A program made the position numbers and the translations under genes. Shown one piece after another: positions 7,198 through 14,992 of a stretch of DNA of 41,862 nt (position 1 is its first letter; each line of letters opens with the position of its first letter). The stretch comes from a virus, in IMG/VR virus record IMGVR_UViG_3300045988_174050; one strand, 5' to 3'. The notes under the pieces were generated by a model, which saw nothing but the letters and a program-made list of their open reading frames with translations, did not search any database and was not told the origin of the DNA.

Positions 7198-8698
7198 CCT
7201 CGTTCTGCTCGTTCACCGCTCCGGAAAGCCTCGCAAGGTCCATGTTAGCGAAGTTGTCGGTCTCTTCCGCCTCGCTCTCCGCGTCAAGCTCCGCCTCCAG
7301 CTCGATCCAGTCACGATGTTCAAGCCCGGCGTTCCGCTCGATCCACGAGCGCATTTCCTCGCGCGTCATCATGAGCGATTGCCGGTTCATCGCGAACTGA
7401 ACAATCTCTTGCGAACTGGCCTTCAGGTCTGCAAAGTCGTTTGACGGGGCGTAAATGATCTTTTCCGCAACTGCTTCCCGATCTTCTCCCGGATGCTCCC
7501 ACTGATACGCGAAGCGAAGAATATTCTGCAATCCGATCCCGATATTCTCGTTAATGATCCGAAGGGCGGCGGTTTGCGCATTGCGGACAATTTCCAGAGC
7601 AACGCCGGAAGCGTTTGCCGCGCCCTCGATCCCGGCAATCGAAACGCCCATTTTCTCAGCATCCACCTGCATGGTCTGGATGTTCTGCAACTGCGCATTC
7701 GCGCCGGCGCCGGAGAACTCAAGAAATTTCACATCGGCATCCGCCGGGATGTCCTGAAAAACGTCGCTCCCGAGCTTCGGGTCGTCGGCCCCCTTCGTCA
7801 TCCCCTTCCGGATCAGCGTCGGGTCGGAGGTCATGAAAAGCGTCTGCTGATACGGCGCGTCGGCATTGTAAAGGTGAATCGAGTGATTCACCAGATCGAT
7901 CATCGGCGGGCGCTGGTAATGCCCGAAACTACGGTCAGTCACGTTGAAGACGAAAAACGGAATCCGGCTCCCGATTACTCCGTAGGGTGCGGGATATTCG
8001 ACTTCCCCGGCGTTCGGGTTCAGGATGTCAAAGCCTTCCCAGTCCTCCGGCTTGATCCGCGCCTGATAGTATCTTCCCGCCTCATCCAGTCCGAGCACCA
8101 GCAACCAGCGGTCAAAGTCCCGCTTTTTCGTCCTGATGTCAAACACCACGTCCGAATCATCGAGCAGTACCCATGTCAGGTAACTTTCGCCGCGCTCCGT
8201 CTCCCAGTCGCAATCGAGAAACTTCTCCGGCGCAAAGTGATCGATGTAAAAGAGGTTTTGCCCTTGCGTCGTGTCCCCCACCTGCAAAAGAAGGTGGTAA
8301 CGCCCGAACTTGAGGATGTTTTCAATCACCCGGTTAGCCAGAGCGATAAGCCCGCCGTGATCACTGGTCGCCCAGTCCCGGAAAAACTCGAGGTCGTCGA
8401 GCTGCATTTCCGGCTCGCTGGAAGAGAGGATACCGCACATCTTGAGCAGCGTATCTTTGCAGTAGGAGGGGAATTTAGGGCGGTCTAAATAAGCTTTCCA
8501 CGCGGCAGGTTTCTTCTTACTCTCCGGGCGGTAAAGGTATTTGTCTCCGGCGGATCTGATTGCGTCCTCCCCGGCGAATGCGTCGCGGCATTTCTGCCAT
8601 TCGTCGCACTTGATACGGTATTCCGGCGGGCAGAAATTCTTGACGAAATCTTTCCAAGCCAGTTTTTTTGTGACGGCGGTAAAATCTGTTACCAACAT
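7154..8698 (-). CDS. Portal protein
   Basis: 514 aa, located between TerL and the Mu-F-like protein, with an acidic C-terminal tail. Its size and position are typical of a portal. Confidence 0.75.
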   Translation of the reverse strand: MLVTDFTAVTKKLAWKDFVKNFCPPEYRIKCDEWQKCRDAFAGEDAIRSAGDKYLYRPESKKKPAAWKAYLDRPKFPSYCKDTLLKMCGILSSSEPEMQLDDLEFFRDWATSDHGGLIALANRVIENILKFGRYHLLLQVGDTTQGQNLFYIDHFAPEKFLDCDWETERGESYLTWVLLDDSDVVFDIRTKKRDFDRWLLVLGLDEAGRYYQARIKPEDWEGFDILNPNAGEVEYPAPYGVIGSRIPFFVFNVTDRSFGHYQRPPMIDLVNHSIHLYNADAPYQQTLFMTSDPTLIRKGMTKGADDPKLGSDVFQDIPADADVKFLEFSGAGANAQLQNIQTMQVDAEKMGVSIAGIEGAANASGVALEIVRNAQTAALRIINENIGIGLQNILRFAYQWEHPGEDREAVAEKIIYAPSNDFADLKASSQEIVQFAMNRQSLMMTREEMRSWIERNAGLEHRDWIELEAELDAESEAEETDNFANMDLARLSGAVNEQNEDENANADRDENGIR

Positions 8699-8724
8699 CG
8701 CATTTACTCCATTTCGTGAAACGT

Positions 8725-8753
8725 GTTTTCACAAAATGCGGTAAATGTCAACC
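8725..8753 (-). promoter_or_regulatory. Late-operon motif copy #4 (GGTTGACA-N9-TTTTGTGAAAAC) between terL and the portal gene
   Basis: Minus strand: ggttgacatttaccgcattttgtgaaaac. Confidence 0.4.
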
Positions 8754-8756
8754 ATT

Positions 8757-10205
8757 TCAGTAGCCGAAAACCATGTTGCCGGATGTTACGCGCGGCTTCG
8801 GATAGAGTAGCTGGTAACCTGTCTGATCGAATGCGTGATCCTCGGAAGTCGTGTCAACGTCATCCGGCTTGCGCTCGTCGCGTTGCAAAACCGGAACCGT
8901 CCTGATCCACTGTCGGCAGTGATCGAAGATGAAAATCCCCGGCTTCCCGTCCCGTTCCAGAGAGCCGCGCAACATCTCGCGGAGCTTCTGAACAGCGGCG
9001 ATACGGCTGCCCGGAGCTTTTCGGCAGGGAGTCCAGATTATCCCGTAGTCGGCGAAATCATCGGCGATTGACTTGTTACGACCGTTCGCACTGTCGAAGA
9101 TTGCGCTGTCGGCGATGGACAAAACACCGGAAAGCCCGAGCTCTTTTTCAACCGCCAAGATTTTCTCGGCAGTTGCTTCGGTCGACTCCCGCAACCCCTC
9201 GTTCGGCTTGCCGCTCCACCCGTACAGCTCATGGATCAAAAACATGTCGCCAGGAATCGACGGTCTGCTTGATCCATCCGGCAGGATATAGTCTGAACCG
9301 TCCGATTCCGCCCACCAGCCGACCGAATACGGCTTTGAACTTCCCCAGTCGAACGATTTCGAAATGTACCACGTCTCCGGGATTTTGAATCGCGGCATGA
9401 CATGAATGTCTGCATCCCACAGGTCGTCAAATGCACCGCCGGCCGTGATATCCCACGATCCGTCCCGCATGGCTTTAACAAGCCAGTCCTGCCCAAGGCC
9501 TGAAAGCTGGCGCTCGTATTCGTTTTTGTCGATGGACGGGTTATCGTCCAGTTTCGCCGGGATATACTGGCGGAGCATTCCGCCCTCGTCGTCCGGAGTT
9601 TGCCAGATGGTTTCCGGCGGTTGAGGGGAAATGAACGTCGCTTTTACCCAGTTATGCCCAACACCGCCGGGGTTTGCGCCGCAAAGAATCTGCGGGAACT
9701 GATCGCAAACGCTGAATTGCTTGAATGCCGCCCAATTTCCCCGCAAATTCTTCGGGACGCGGCAACGTCCCCGCAAGTACCGATATTGCTTCTCCGTGAA
9801 GTGCGTCAATTCGTCGATCAGCAAAACCCCGATTTCCGCCCCCTGATACTTGACAACGTCCGCCTCGTATTGACAGTGGCAAAGGTTGATCGTTGATCCG
9901 GTTTTCATAAAAGTAATCTTCGGCGGCTGGCTGGTGATCTTCACATCTCCCGACTGGACCAGAGGCGCGAGAAGCGCAATGAATCCGTTCACACCCTCCA
10001 TGTGGTTTTTCCACAGGTCATCGTGAATCCGGCGGAACAGGTAAATGGAAAGCCGCTCGACGTTCAGCGCGAAGAAAATGGCCTTGATCCGCATGAGGTG
10101 ACTTTTCCCGCCACCCGCCGCGCCGCCGTACAGAATCTCCGTCGCGTTGCTGGTGAACGCGGCCATCTGGCGCGGGTGAAGCGGGTCAAGCGCAATATCC
10201 GGCAT
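8757..10205 (-). CDS. terL: Terminase large subunit
   Basis: Walker A motif YGGAAGGGKSH and Walker B motif VLLIDELTHF, plus a C-terminal nuclease-like region. The start ATG overlaps the terS stop (TAATG at 10205). Confidence 0.85.
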   Translation of the reverse strand: MPDIALDPLHPRQMAAFTSNATEILYGGAAGGGKSHLMRIKAIFFALNVERLSIYLFRRIHDDLWKNHMEGVNGFIALLAPLVQSGDVKITSQPPKITFMKTGSTINLCHCQYEADVVKYQGAEIGVLLIDELTHFTEKQYRYLRGRCRVPKNLRGNWAAFKQFSVCDQFPQILCGANPGGVGHNWVKATFISPQPPETIWQTPDDEGGMLRQYIPAKLDDNPSIDKNEYERQLSGLGQDWLVKAMRDGSWDITAGGAFDDLWDADIHVMPRFKIPETWYISKSFDWGSSKPYSVGWWAESDGSDYILPDGSSRPSIPGDMFLIHELYGWSGKPNEGLRESTEATAEKILAVEKELGLSGVLSIADSAIFDSANGRNKSIADDFADYGIIWTPCRKAPGSRIAAVQKLREMLRGSLERDGKPGIFIFDHCRQWIRTVPVLQRDERKPDDVDTTSEDHAFDQTGYQLLYPKPRVTSGNMVFGY

Positions 10206-10669
10206 TACTGCTGATCCTCCGGGCGCTTCTCTCGGAACGTGAAGCCGGGAAGAGTAACAGAACCAGAGTGTTCGAGTTCCATTTTTTCGCTGTATTTTTT
10301 CGGGACCATTTTTGCCAGAATCCATTTCCTGGCGTCGATTTTCAGCTTCGCCCGGTCAATAGCGTCCCGGTTCAAAACTATACCTCCGTCATCGCCATTG
10401 ACGTAATCACCAGAAGAATCGTCGGCGATTTCAAGTATTTCGTCGAAGATTCGGTCGGCCCTGATTTCACGCGCGCGCTCGTATTTGTCGGAGAATTCTT
10501 TATCTTTCGACAGCCATTCAAAAATTGTGTCCCTGCAAGGCATTTTGTCGTCTCTGCAAATATTGAGCAGGCTTTCACCGTTAGAAATTCGGTTGATTAC
10601 CTCTTTCTTTATCGTCTCTTTTGATAGCGGACGCCCTTTTGATCTTCGCGCTGATTTGTAATTAGCCAT
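10205..10669 (-). CDS. terS: Terminase small subunit
   Basis: Contains ...LLNICRDDKMPCRDTIFEWLSKDKEFSDKYERAREIRADRIFDEILEIAD..., typical of small terminases (an HTH plus an oligomerisation helix). It lies directly upstream of terL, with a 4-nt overlap. The start is chosen at MANYKSARR; the alternative start is at 10729. Confidence 0.6.
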   Translation of the reverse strand: MANYKSARRSKGRPLSKETIKKEVINRISNGESLLNICRDDKMPCRDTIFEWLSKDKEFSDKYERAREIRADRIFDEILEIADDSSGDYVNGDDGGIVLNRDAIDRAKLKIDARKWILAKMVPKKYSEKMELEHSGSVTLPGFTFREKRPEDQQ

Positions 10670-10702
10670 TGTACACCGTCCCTGCCTATATATGGCTGAT
10701 TT

Positions 10703-10778
10703 CGTCACAACCGGCATCGTGATTGTCACGTGACGTTCCCGTGACCGTCACACCCGGCTCTGTGACCGAGCTGTGACA
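10703..10778. repeat. Cluster of at least seven GTGAC/GTCAC half-sites, including the palindrome GTCACGTGAC, immediately upstream of terS
   Basis: The sequence ttcgtcacaaccggcatcgtgattgtcacgtgacgttcccgtgaccgtcacacccggctctgtgaccgagctgtgacaaa is directly visible. Confidence 0.7.
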
Positions 10779-10782
10779 AAAT

Positions 10783-11496
10783 TCAGTTATTTTCGCTGTT
10801 TTTTCCTGTTTTTTCATCGCTGAAAATTCCTTCTCCCTCATCACTCCCCCTGTAGTCCCCCTCTCTCCTCCCCGGCAGAAAAAAATCACGATTTTTTTGA
10901 ACCGGCTTTTTCCTTGCCCGGTTTTTCGCTAGTTTTCGCCTCAAATTTTGCCCGATATCATGAACTGTGCTTTTCGGAATTCCCAGCTGAATCGCCGCGC
11001 TCCGTTCAGTACATCCGTCAACAAATATCTTTTTGTAAACCTCGAACTCTTTCCCGGTCAATCCCAGCAGCTTTTCCCGCTTCGCAACCGGGGTTTTCAT
11101 GCCGAGCTCTCGCGTCATCATATTGACAATTCCTTGCCGAAGCTGTTTGCTGACCGCCTGTCTTGAGATTCCGCGCTCTCTGGAAATGTCGGCTTGGTTT
11201 TGCCCAAGGTAAATTTTGCGAATGAGAGCATCAAACAAGGCACGGTGCTCGATGTAGAGAAACGCGACCTGATTCAGAACGCGCATCACTTCCGAGTTGT
11301 TTTCGTCGATTTCAATGCATGATTGAGATTCAACGTTGTCATTGTACCGTATTGAGAAACGCCGTCCACCGGCCTCTTCCTGCTTCTCGCGTATCACATC
11401 CATTCCGCAATCGTGAAGCTCGCAAGGCTCTGAACAGTTACCGCAATCCGTTCCGTAGCAATTCGCAATGTCTCGCTCTTTTTCTTCGTTCTCCAC
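10783..11496 (-). CDS. Sigma-70 region-4-like late transcriptional regulator. It has a Cys-rich N-terminus and two HTH segments, and sits in the ArpU/RinA-like position upstream of terS
   Basis: GTG start with RBS AAGGGGGG. N-terminus CYGTDCGNCSEPCELHDCG. HTH 1 is ADISRERGISRQAVSKQLRQG; HTH 2 is TERSAAIQLGIPKSTVHDIGQNLRRKL. It lies immediately upstream of the terminase genes. Confidence 0.55.
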   Translation of the reverse strand: MENEEKERDIANCYGTDCGNCSEPCELHDCGMDVIREKQEEAGGRRFSIRYNDNVESQSCIEIDENNSEVMRVLNQVAFLYIEHRALFDALIRKIYLGQNQADISRERGISRQAVSKQLRQGIVNMMTRELGMKTPVAKREKLLGLTGKEFEVYKKIFVDGCTERSAAIQLGIPKSTVHDIGQNLRRKLAKNRARKKPVQKNRDFFLPGRREGDYRGSDEGEGIFSDEKTGKNSENN

Positions 11497-11571
11497 TCCG
11501 CGCCCCCCTTGAAAATTGCTTTCATGGTATTATGTTATCTGCGGAGCTTGATACCCTTTCTTCTCCATTTG

Positions 11572-11606
11572 CCCCGGAAGTTTGCCGACTCCGGGGTTGT
11601 TTTTTG
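11572..11606 (+). terminator. Plus-strand intrinsic terminator candidate
   Basis: ccccgg...ccgggg stem followed by TTGTTTTTTG. It is preceded by TTGAAA-16-TATGTT (11509-11536). No plus-strand ORF is involved. Confidence 0.35.
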
Positions 11607-11724
11607 TCATAAAGTTGCGGCGGTGGCGTCGATTACCGGAGCCGCCGCTCTCCGTATTGTTTTGAGGCCGTATTTTCCGCCCGGCCTCCCGGATCGACGC
11701 CGCGCCGGTCCACGTGGCGGGAAT

Positions 11725-12096
11725 TCATTCCAAATTTATCCCCTTCACCTCGAACCATCGTTTCAGCGCGTTAGTTGTCAGACTTTGCTTTCCGTTTGTT
11801 ATTCTGGCAATTGTCATCTTGTCCCAAGTTTCGATTTTCCCAATCTCTTCCAAAATCTCCTCAAGCGTTGGCGCGGGATAAATCTCCTGACCGTATTTTC
11901 TGCGTATGGCGATTTTACGCGGGTGGTTATGATCTAGCTGCCACTCCTTTTTATGGATTTGCTCACAGCCGGAAGTACGGCATAGAAACTCGACAACATC
12001 ATCATATACCCACACCAGCGCGGAATCCTCGAACTCCCCCGCCGGAATGCGTTTGCACAGCTCAAGTGGCGGGACAAGGTTTTCAAGGTTGCTCAT
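11725..12096 (-). CDS. Hypothetical protein with a weak HNH-like segment (CRTSGC ... DHNHP)
   Basis: 123-aa ORF. Its position near the terminase is where phage HNH endonucleases often sit, but the motif is incomplete. Confidence 0.35.
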   Translation of the reverse strand: MSNLENLVPPLELCKRIPAGEFEDSALVWVYDDVVEFLCRTSGCEQIHKKEWQLDHNHPRKIAIRRKYGQEIYPAPTLEEILEEIGKIETWDKMTIARITNGKQSLTTNALKRWFEVKGINLE

Positions 12097-12305
12097 TTCT
12101 TAATCCTTTCAGGTAAATAACAGCGAGAGTGATTACAGATTAATGAAAAATTATCGACGTTTTCCGCCTCATATCTCCATTCCTGCTTTTTTGTTGACCA
12201 GAATTTCCATACAATCACCTCGTCGTTTTTTAACACTATGTGGCATTTGATACCATGAACATCATAGAAAACTCCCTGCGTAAGGATTGCATCAAGCATG
12301 TTCAT
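12093..12305 (-). CDS. Hypothetical small protein, 70 aa
   Basis: ORF in the AT-rich island, with a 4-nt overlap with the downstream gene. Confidence 0.3.
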   Translation of the reverse strand: MNMLDAILTQGVFYDVHGIKCHIVLKNDEVIVWKFWSTKKQEWRYEAENVDNFSLICNHSRCYLPERIKK

Positions 12306-12321
12306 TTCTTAACCTCAATTT

Positions 12322-12932
12322 TTACCAGTAGCAAACTATAGTTTCTCCGTCTACAAATTTGTCAATAATATTTTCTTTGAAGTGCTGCTTTGCGTTTTTT
12401 CCATAATATGCATCATCTTCATCTGAAAAATATTTTTCCCAGTCATCCAGCAGGGTTTTCCTGTCAATTACAACTGTGTTATTATCCCATTTCCCATCGT
12501 CGTAGAATCGTTTGTTTGCCCCTTTACGCTGGCATCCAACTTCTTTACCGACAAAAAATCCTTTCTCCATTACAATTTTAGTTGGATACACCTCCTCTTC
12601 AAATACTATGGTGTTTTCCTCAATTGTTTTAAGATCAGATTCCATGTCGAAATTTTTAGGGAGGAACTCGAAACGGTCATACCCGCAACCGACGCAACTG
12701 GCGATGCAATTATAATCATCTTCATTCAACCCTAATTTTTTAAACAACGGGTCGAAATCGATATATTCAACAGGTGCTTCTACTTCAAATTTGCTCCCAA
12801 TAATTGCCGGGCAGTTTTCTGTGGTATGAAATGAACACTCATTTTTAGATTCAAAGGCAGCCACCTTTTCAATCGTGTCGAGTTTATCCGTCGGAACAAC
12901 ACCTTTGAACACAATTACATCAAGTCCCATCA
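12322..12932 (-). CDS. Hypothetical protein, about 203 aa, AT-rich. The start is chosen at MGLDVIVFKG
   Basis: RBS AAGGAG. Its start overlaps the stop of an upstream small ORF (TGATG). GC content is markedly lower than the genome average. Confidence 0.45.
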
Positions 12933-13077
12933 CTCCATCTCCTTCCCATCGACCGCGCAATCATATGCGCAGAATTCGTCCAGACGGTTTCGCAGTAAAG
13001 CGATCAGATCAACGAGTTTGACGGGATCGTTTTCGTCGGGGACAGCAATTGTAATTTCAAATTTCTGAATTTTCATT
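12931..13077 (-). CDS. Small ORF (MKIQKFEITIAVPDENDPVKLVDLIALLRNRLDEFCAYDCAVDGKEME), translationally coupled to the downstream gene
   Basis: RBS GAGGTG, and TGATG coupling at 12931. Confidence 0.3.
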
Positions 13078-13088
13078 TTTCACCTCAA

Positions 13089-13226
13089 AACGTTACGGTT
13101 GCGGTGAGCGTAGCCGCCGCGATCCAGTAGATGAATCGTTTCCAGTCAGCGCCACAGAGATAAACGACCGCCGCGGCAACGTCAAGCGCCATCAGGGCGC
13201 AAGGGAATATGTATTTCGCGTTCACT
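13089..13226 (-). CDS. Small hydrophobic membrane peptide, about 46 aa, GTG start
   Basis: RBS AAGGAGG, 7 nt, then GTG. Sequence: (M)NAKYIFPCALMALDVAAAVVYLCGADWKRFIYWIAAATLTATVTF. Confidence 0.3.
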
Positions 13227-13278
13227 TCTCAACCTCCTTTCAACTGTTGCAAAAAATGCAACTGTTCATGACCATAAA

Positions 13279-13503
13279 TTATTCTTTCTCCCATCGTTTA
13301 AGCGCCTCTCCGATTTGGCAATCAAAACATTTCCCACGCCCATCGAATGTCACCTCGCTGCGAATACATCCCTCGCAGATGTCAGAGAGAAGCTTGCGTA
13401 GTTTTTTATTTTCCACCGCATAATGAACAATCTGTCTATTCTTCTCATCGAGAATTAAACCGATGATGTTTTCGTTCACTTTTCCACCTCCTTCCCGAGC
13501 CAT
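13279..13503 (-). CDS. Small zinc-ribbon protein (CEGC...CFDC)
   Basis: 74-aa ORF with two CxxC pairs. Confidence 0.4.
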   Translation of the reverse strand: MAREGGGKVNENIIGLILDEKNRQIVHYAVENKKLRKLLSDICEGCIRSEVTFDGRGKCFDCQIGEALKRWEKE

Positions 13504-13667
13504 TCCAGCGTCGCGGTTACCGCTTCATCCCGCGTCTTGAATGACTCTCGAATATCGTCTCCGGTAACTCCGAACCACACGTCTCCGTAGAACTCATCGT
13601 AATGAGAATAGACCAGTTGTTCCGCCAATATTTTCGGGTCACCAGTGATCTTCTCAAAGTTTGTCAT
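13476..13667 (-). CDS. Hypothetical small protein, 63 aa
   Basis: ORF that overlaps both neighbours by a few codons. Confidence 0.35.
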   Translation of the reverse strand: MTNFEKITGDPKILAEQLVYSHYDEFYGDVWFGVTGDDIRESFKTRDEAVTATLEWLGKEVEK

Positions 13668-13866
13668 TTTCCATTCTCCAATTTTCCACCCTCCAGTTGT
13701 TGCATTTTTTGCAACAGTTCAATTTTGTTCCGCACTGCTCATCGATCCACGCCGCGCACGTCTCGCAGACGTGAAACTCCTGCGGGTCGCCGCTGTCGTG
13801 CAGCGCGCCCTCGACCCTCTCGAGCTCCGATTCCGGGAACTCCCGATTGCAAAATTCACATTTCAT
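13654..13866 (-). CDS. Small zinc-ribbon protein (MKCEFCN...HVCETC...CCKKC)
   Basis: Start chosen at MKCEFCNREF, directly after the PAPS-reductase stop. The six-frame ORF extends further upstream, but that extension overlaps 13878-14690. Confidence 0.45.
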   Translation of the reverse strand: MKCEFCNREFPESELERVEGALHDSGDPQEFHVCETCAAWIDEQCGTKLNCCKKCNNWRVENWRMENDKL

Positions 13867-13877
13867 CGCGTAACCTC

Positions 13878-14690
13878 CTATTTCACTCGATCCCTGATTC
13901 TCTTTCCTGTCATGCTCATTGTGTAGCCTGACTCTGCTTCCAGCCGGTCGAGAGCCTCGAAAATATGCGGATTCTCCCTCATTTCGATTCTCAAATCGCT
14001 GTCCGAACTGAAAATACATCCAGCACATCCGAGCCGGTCACACCCCATGTCGTAGCAGACGTGCCGAGGCACACCGGTGTCACGCACCATCGCCCAGATG
14101 TCCGCCTCTTTGAATGCCAACATCGGACGCCAACCGAAAACGTGCCGATTACGGCTGTTTAAACGAGGCACTGAACAGAACTCCGTCAATTCGCTTCTCG
14201 CCGCCGACTCTTCCCAGCGCTCGCCAGTCACCTTCAACAGCCTCCCGGAAAATTTGTTAATGATTTTGTCCATCGGAGCAACTTTTTGTTCGGAAGTACA
14301 CCATCTGCATGTCGGTGACGGAAAAGCCACAGAGTCTTTTCTGGATGCTTTAATCCTTTCTGCTCGGAATCGTATTTTTTCGATCATCGGTCTGACCGGA
14401 TAGACGGTCACCAGTTCCACGCCAGCCGCCTTGCAAAGCGCCTGAACGTGTTCCGCTGCATTGTGCCACTCCATCCCCGTGTCAGCGTACATTGCAAGAA
14501 GTTTATCGCGCGGCACTCCCTGCCGGTCTGCCAGATCGCGCACCAGAAACAGCATCGCGTGACTGTCTTTTCCTCCGGAAACGGAGATAAAAATCTTGTC
14601 GAACTGCCGGAGGTCGAGAAGTCCATTGATGAATCGAAGCTGCTCCCGTTCCGCCGCGTCCGGCTCAAAGCCGGGCAGATAGATGTTCAT
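13878..14690 (-). CDS. PAPS-reductase / DndC-like PP-loop ATP pyrophosphatase family protein
   Basis: PP-loop motif FISVSGGKDSHAML near the N-terminus and a C-terminal Cys cluster (CYDMGCDRLGCAGC). The size and layout match phage PAPS-reductase-like proteins. Confidence 0.7.
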   Translation of the reverse strand: MNIYLPGFEPDAAEREQLRFINGLLDLRQFDKIFISVSGGKDSHAMLFLVRDLADRQGVPRDKLLAMYADTGMEWHNAAEHVQALCKAAGVELVTVYPVRPMIEKIRFRAERIKASRKDSVAFPSPTCRWCTSEQKVAPMDKIINKFSGRLLKVTGERWEESAARSELTEFCSVPRLNSRNRHVFGWRPMLAFKEADIWAMVRDTGVPRHVCYDMGCDRLGCAGCIFSSDSDLRIEMRENPHIFEALDRLEAESGYTMSMTGKRIRDRVK

Positions 14691-14992
14691 TCCTCCCCCT
14701 CAGCTTTTCGCAATATTTCATCTGCCTTGTCGAGTATTTTAGGAAGAAATTTTCTCCACTTCATAATAGCACATTGCCCCTGCACAGTACGAATCCATCG
14801 TATGAATTCGTACATCTCCGGCGCAGCGGCGATTAAAGCGGCGTTGGCTTTCCTGTTAGAATCGCACTCACCAAAAGATTCTACTATCATTTGTCCACGC
14901 GGTGTGCCAATGCCAAAATAGCGTTCTTCATTGATCCGGCTATCGAACCCCGCCACATTCCACGGCCCCCGCGTAAACTTTTCTTCACTCAT
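14687..14992 (-). CDS. Ead/Ea22-like protein (GPW and AAAPE motifs)
   Basis: MSEEKFTRGPWNV...ANAALIAAAPEMYEF. As I recall, the GPW and AAAPE motifs define the Ead/Ea22-like prophage family. RBS GGAGGTGG. Confidence 0.5.
   Translation of the reverse strand: MSEEKFTRGPWNVAGFDSRINEERYFGIGTPRGQMIVESFGECDSNRKANAALIAAAPEMYEFIRWIRTVQGQCAIMKWRKFLPKILDKADEILRKAEGEE

Noticed and set aside
7493-8488. 331-aa plus-strand ORF
   Set aside because: Antisense to the portal gene and Arg-rich. A shadow ORF.
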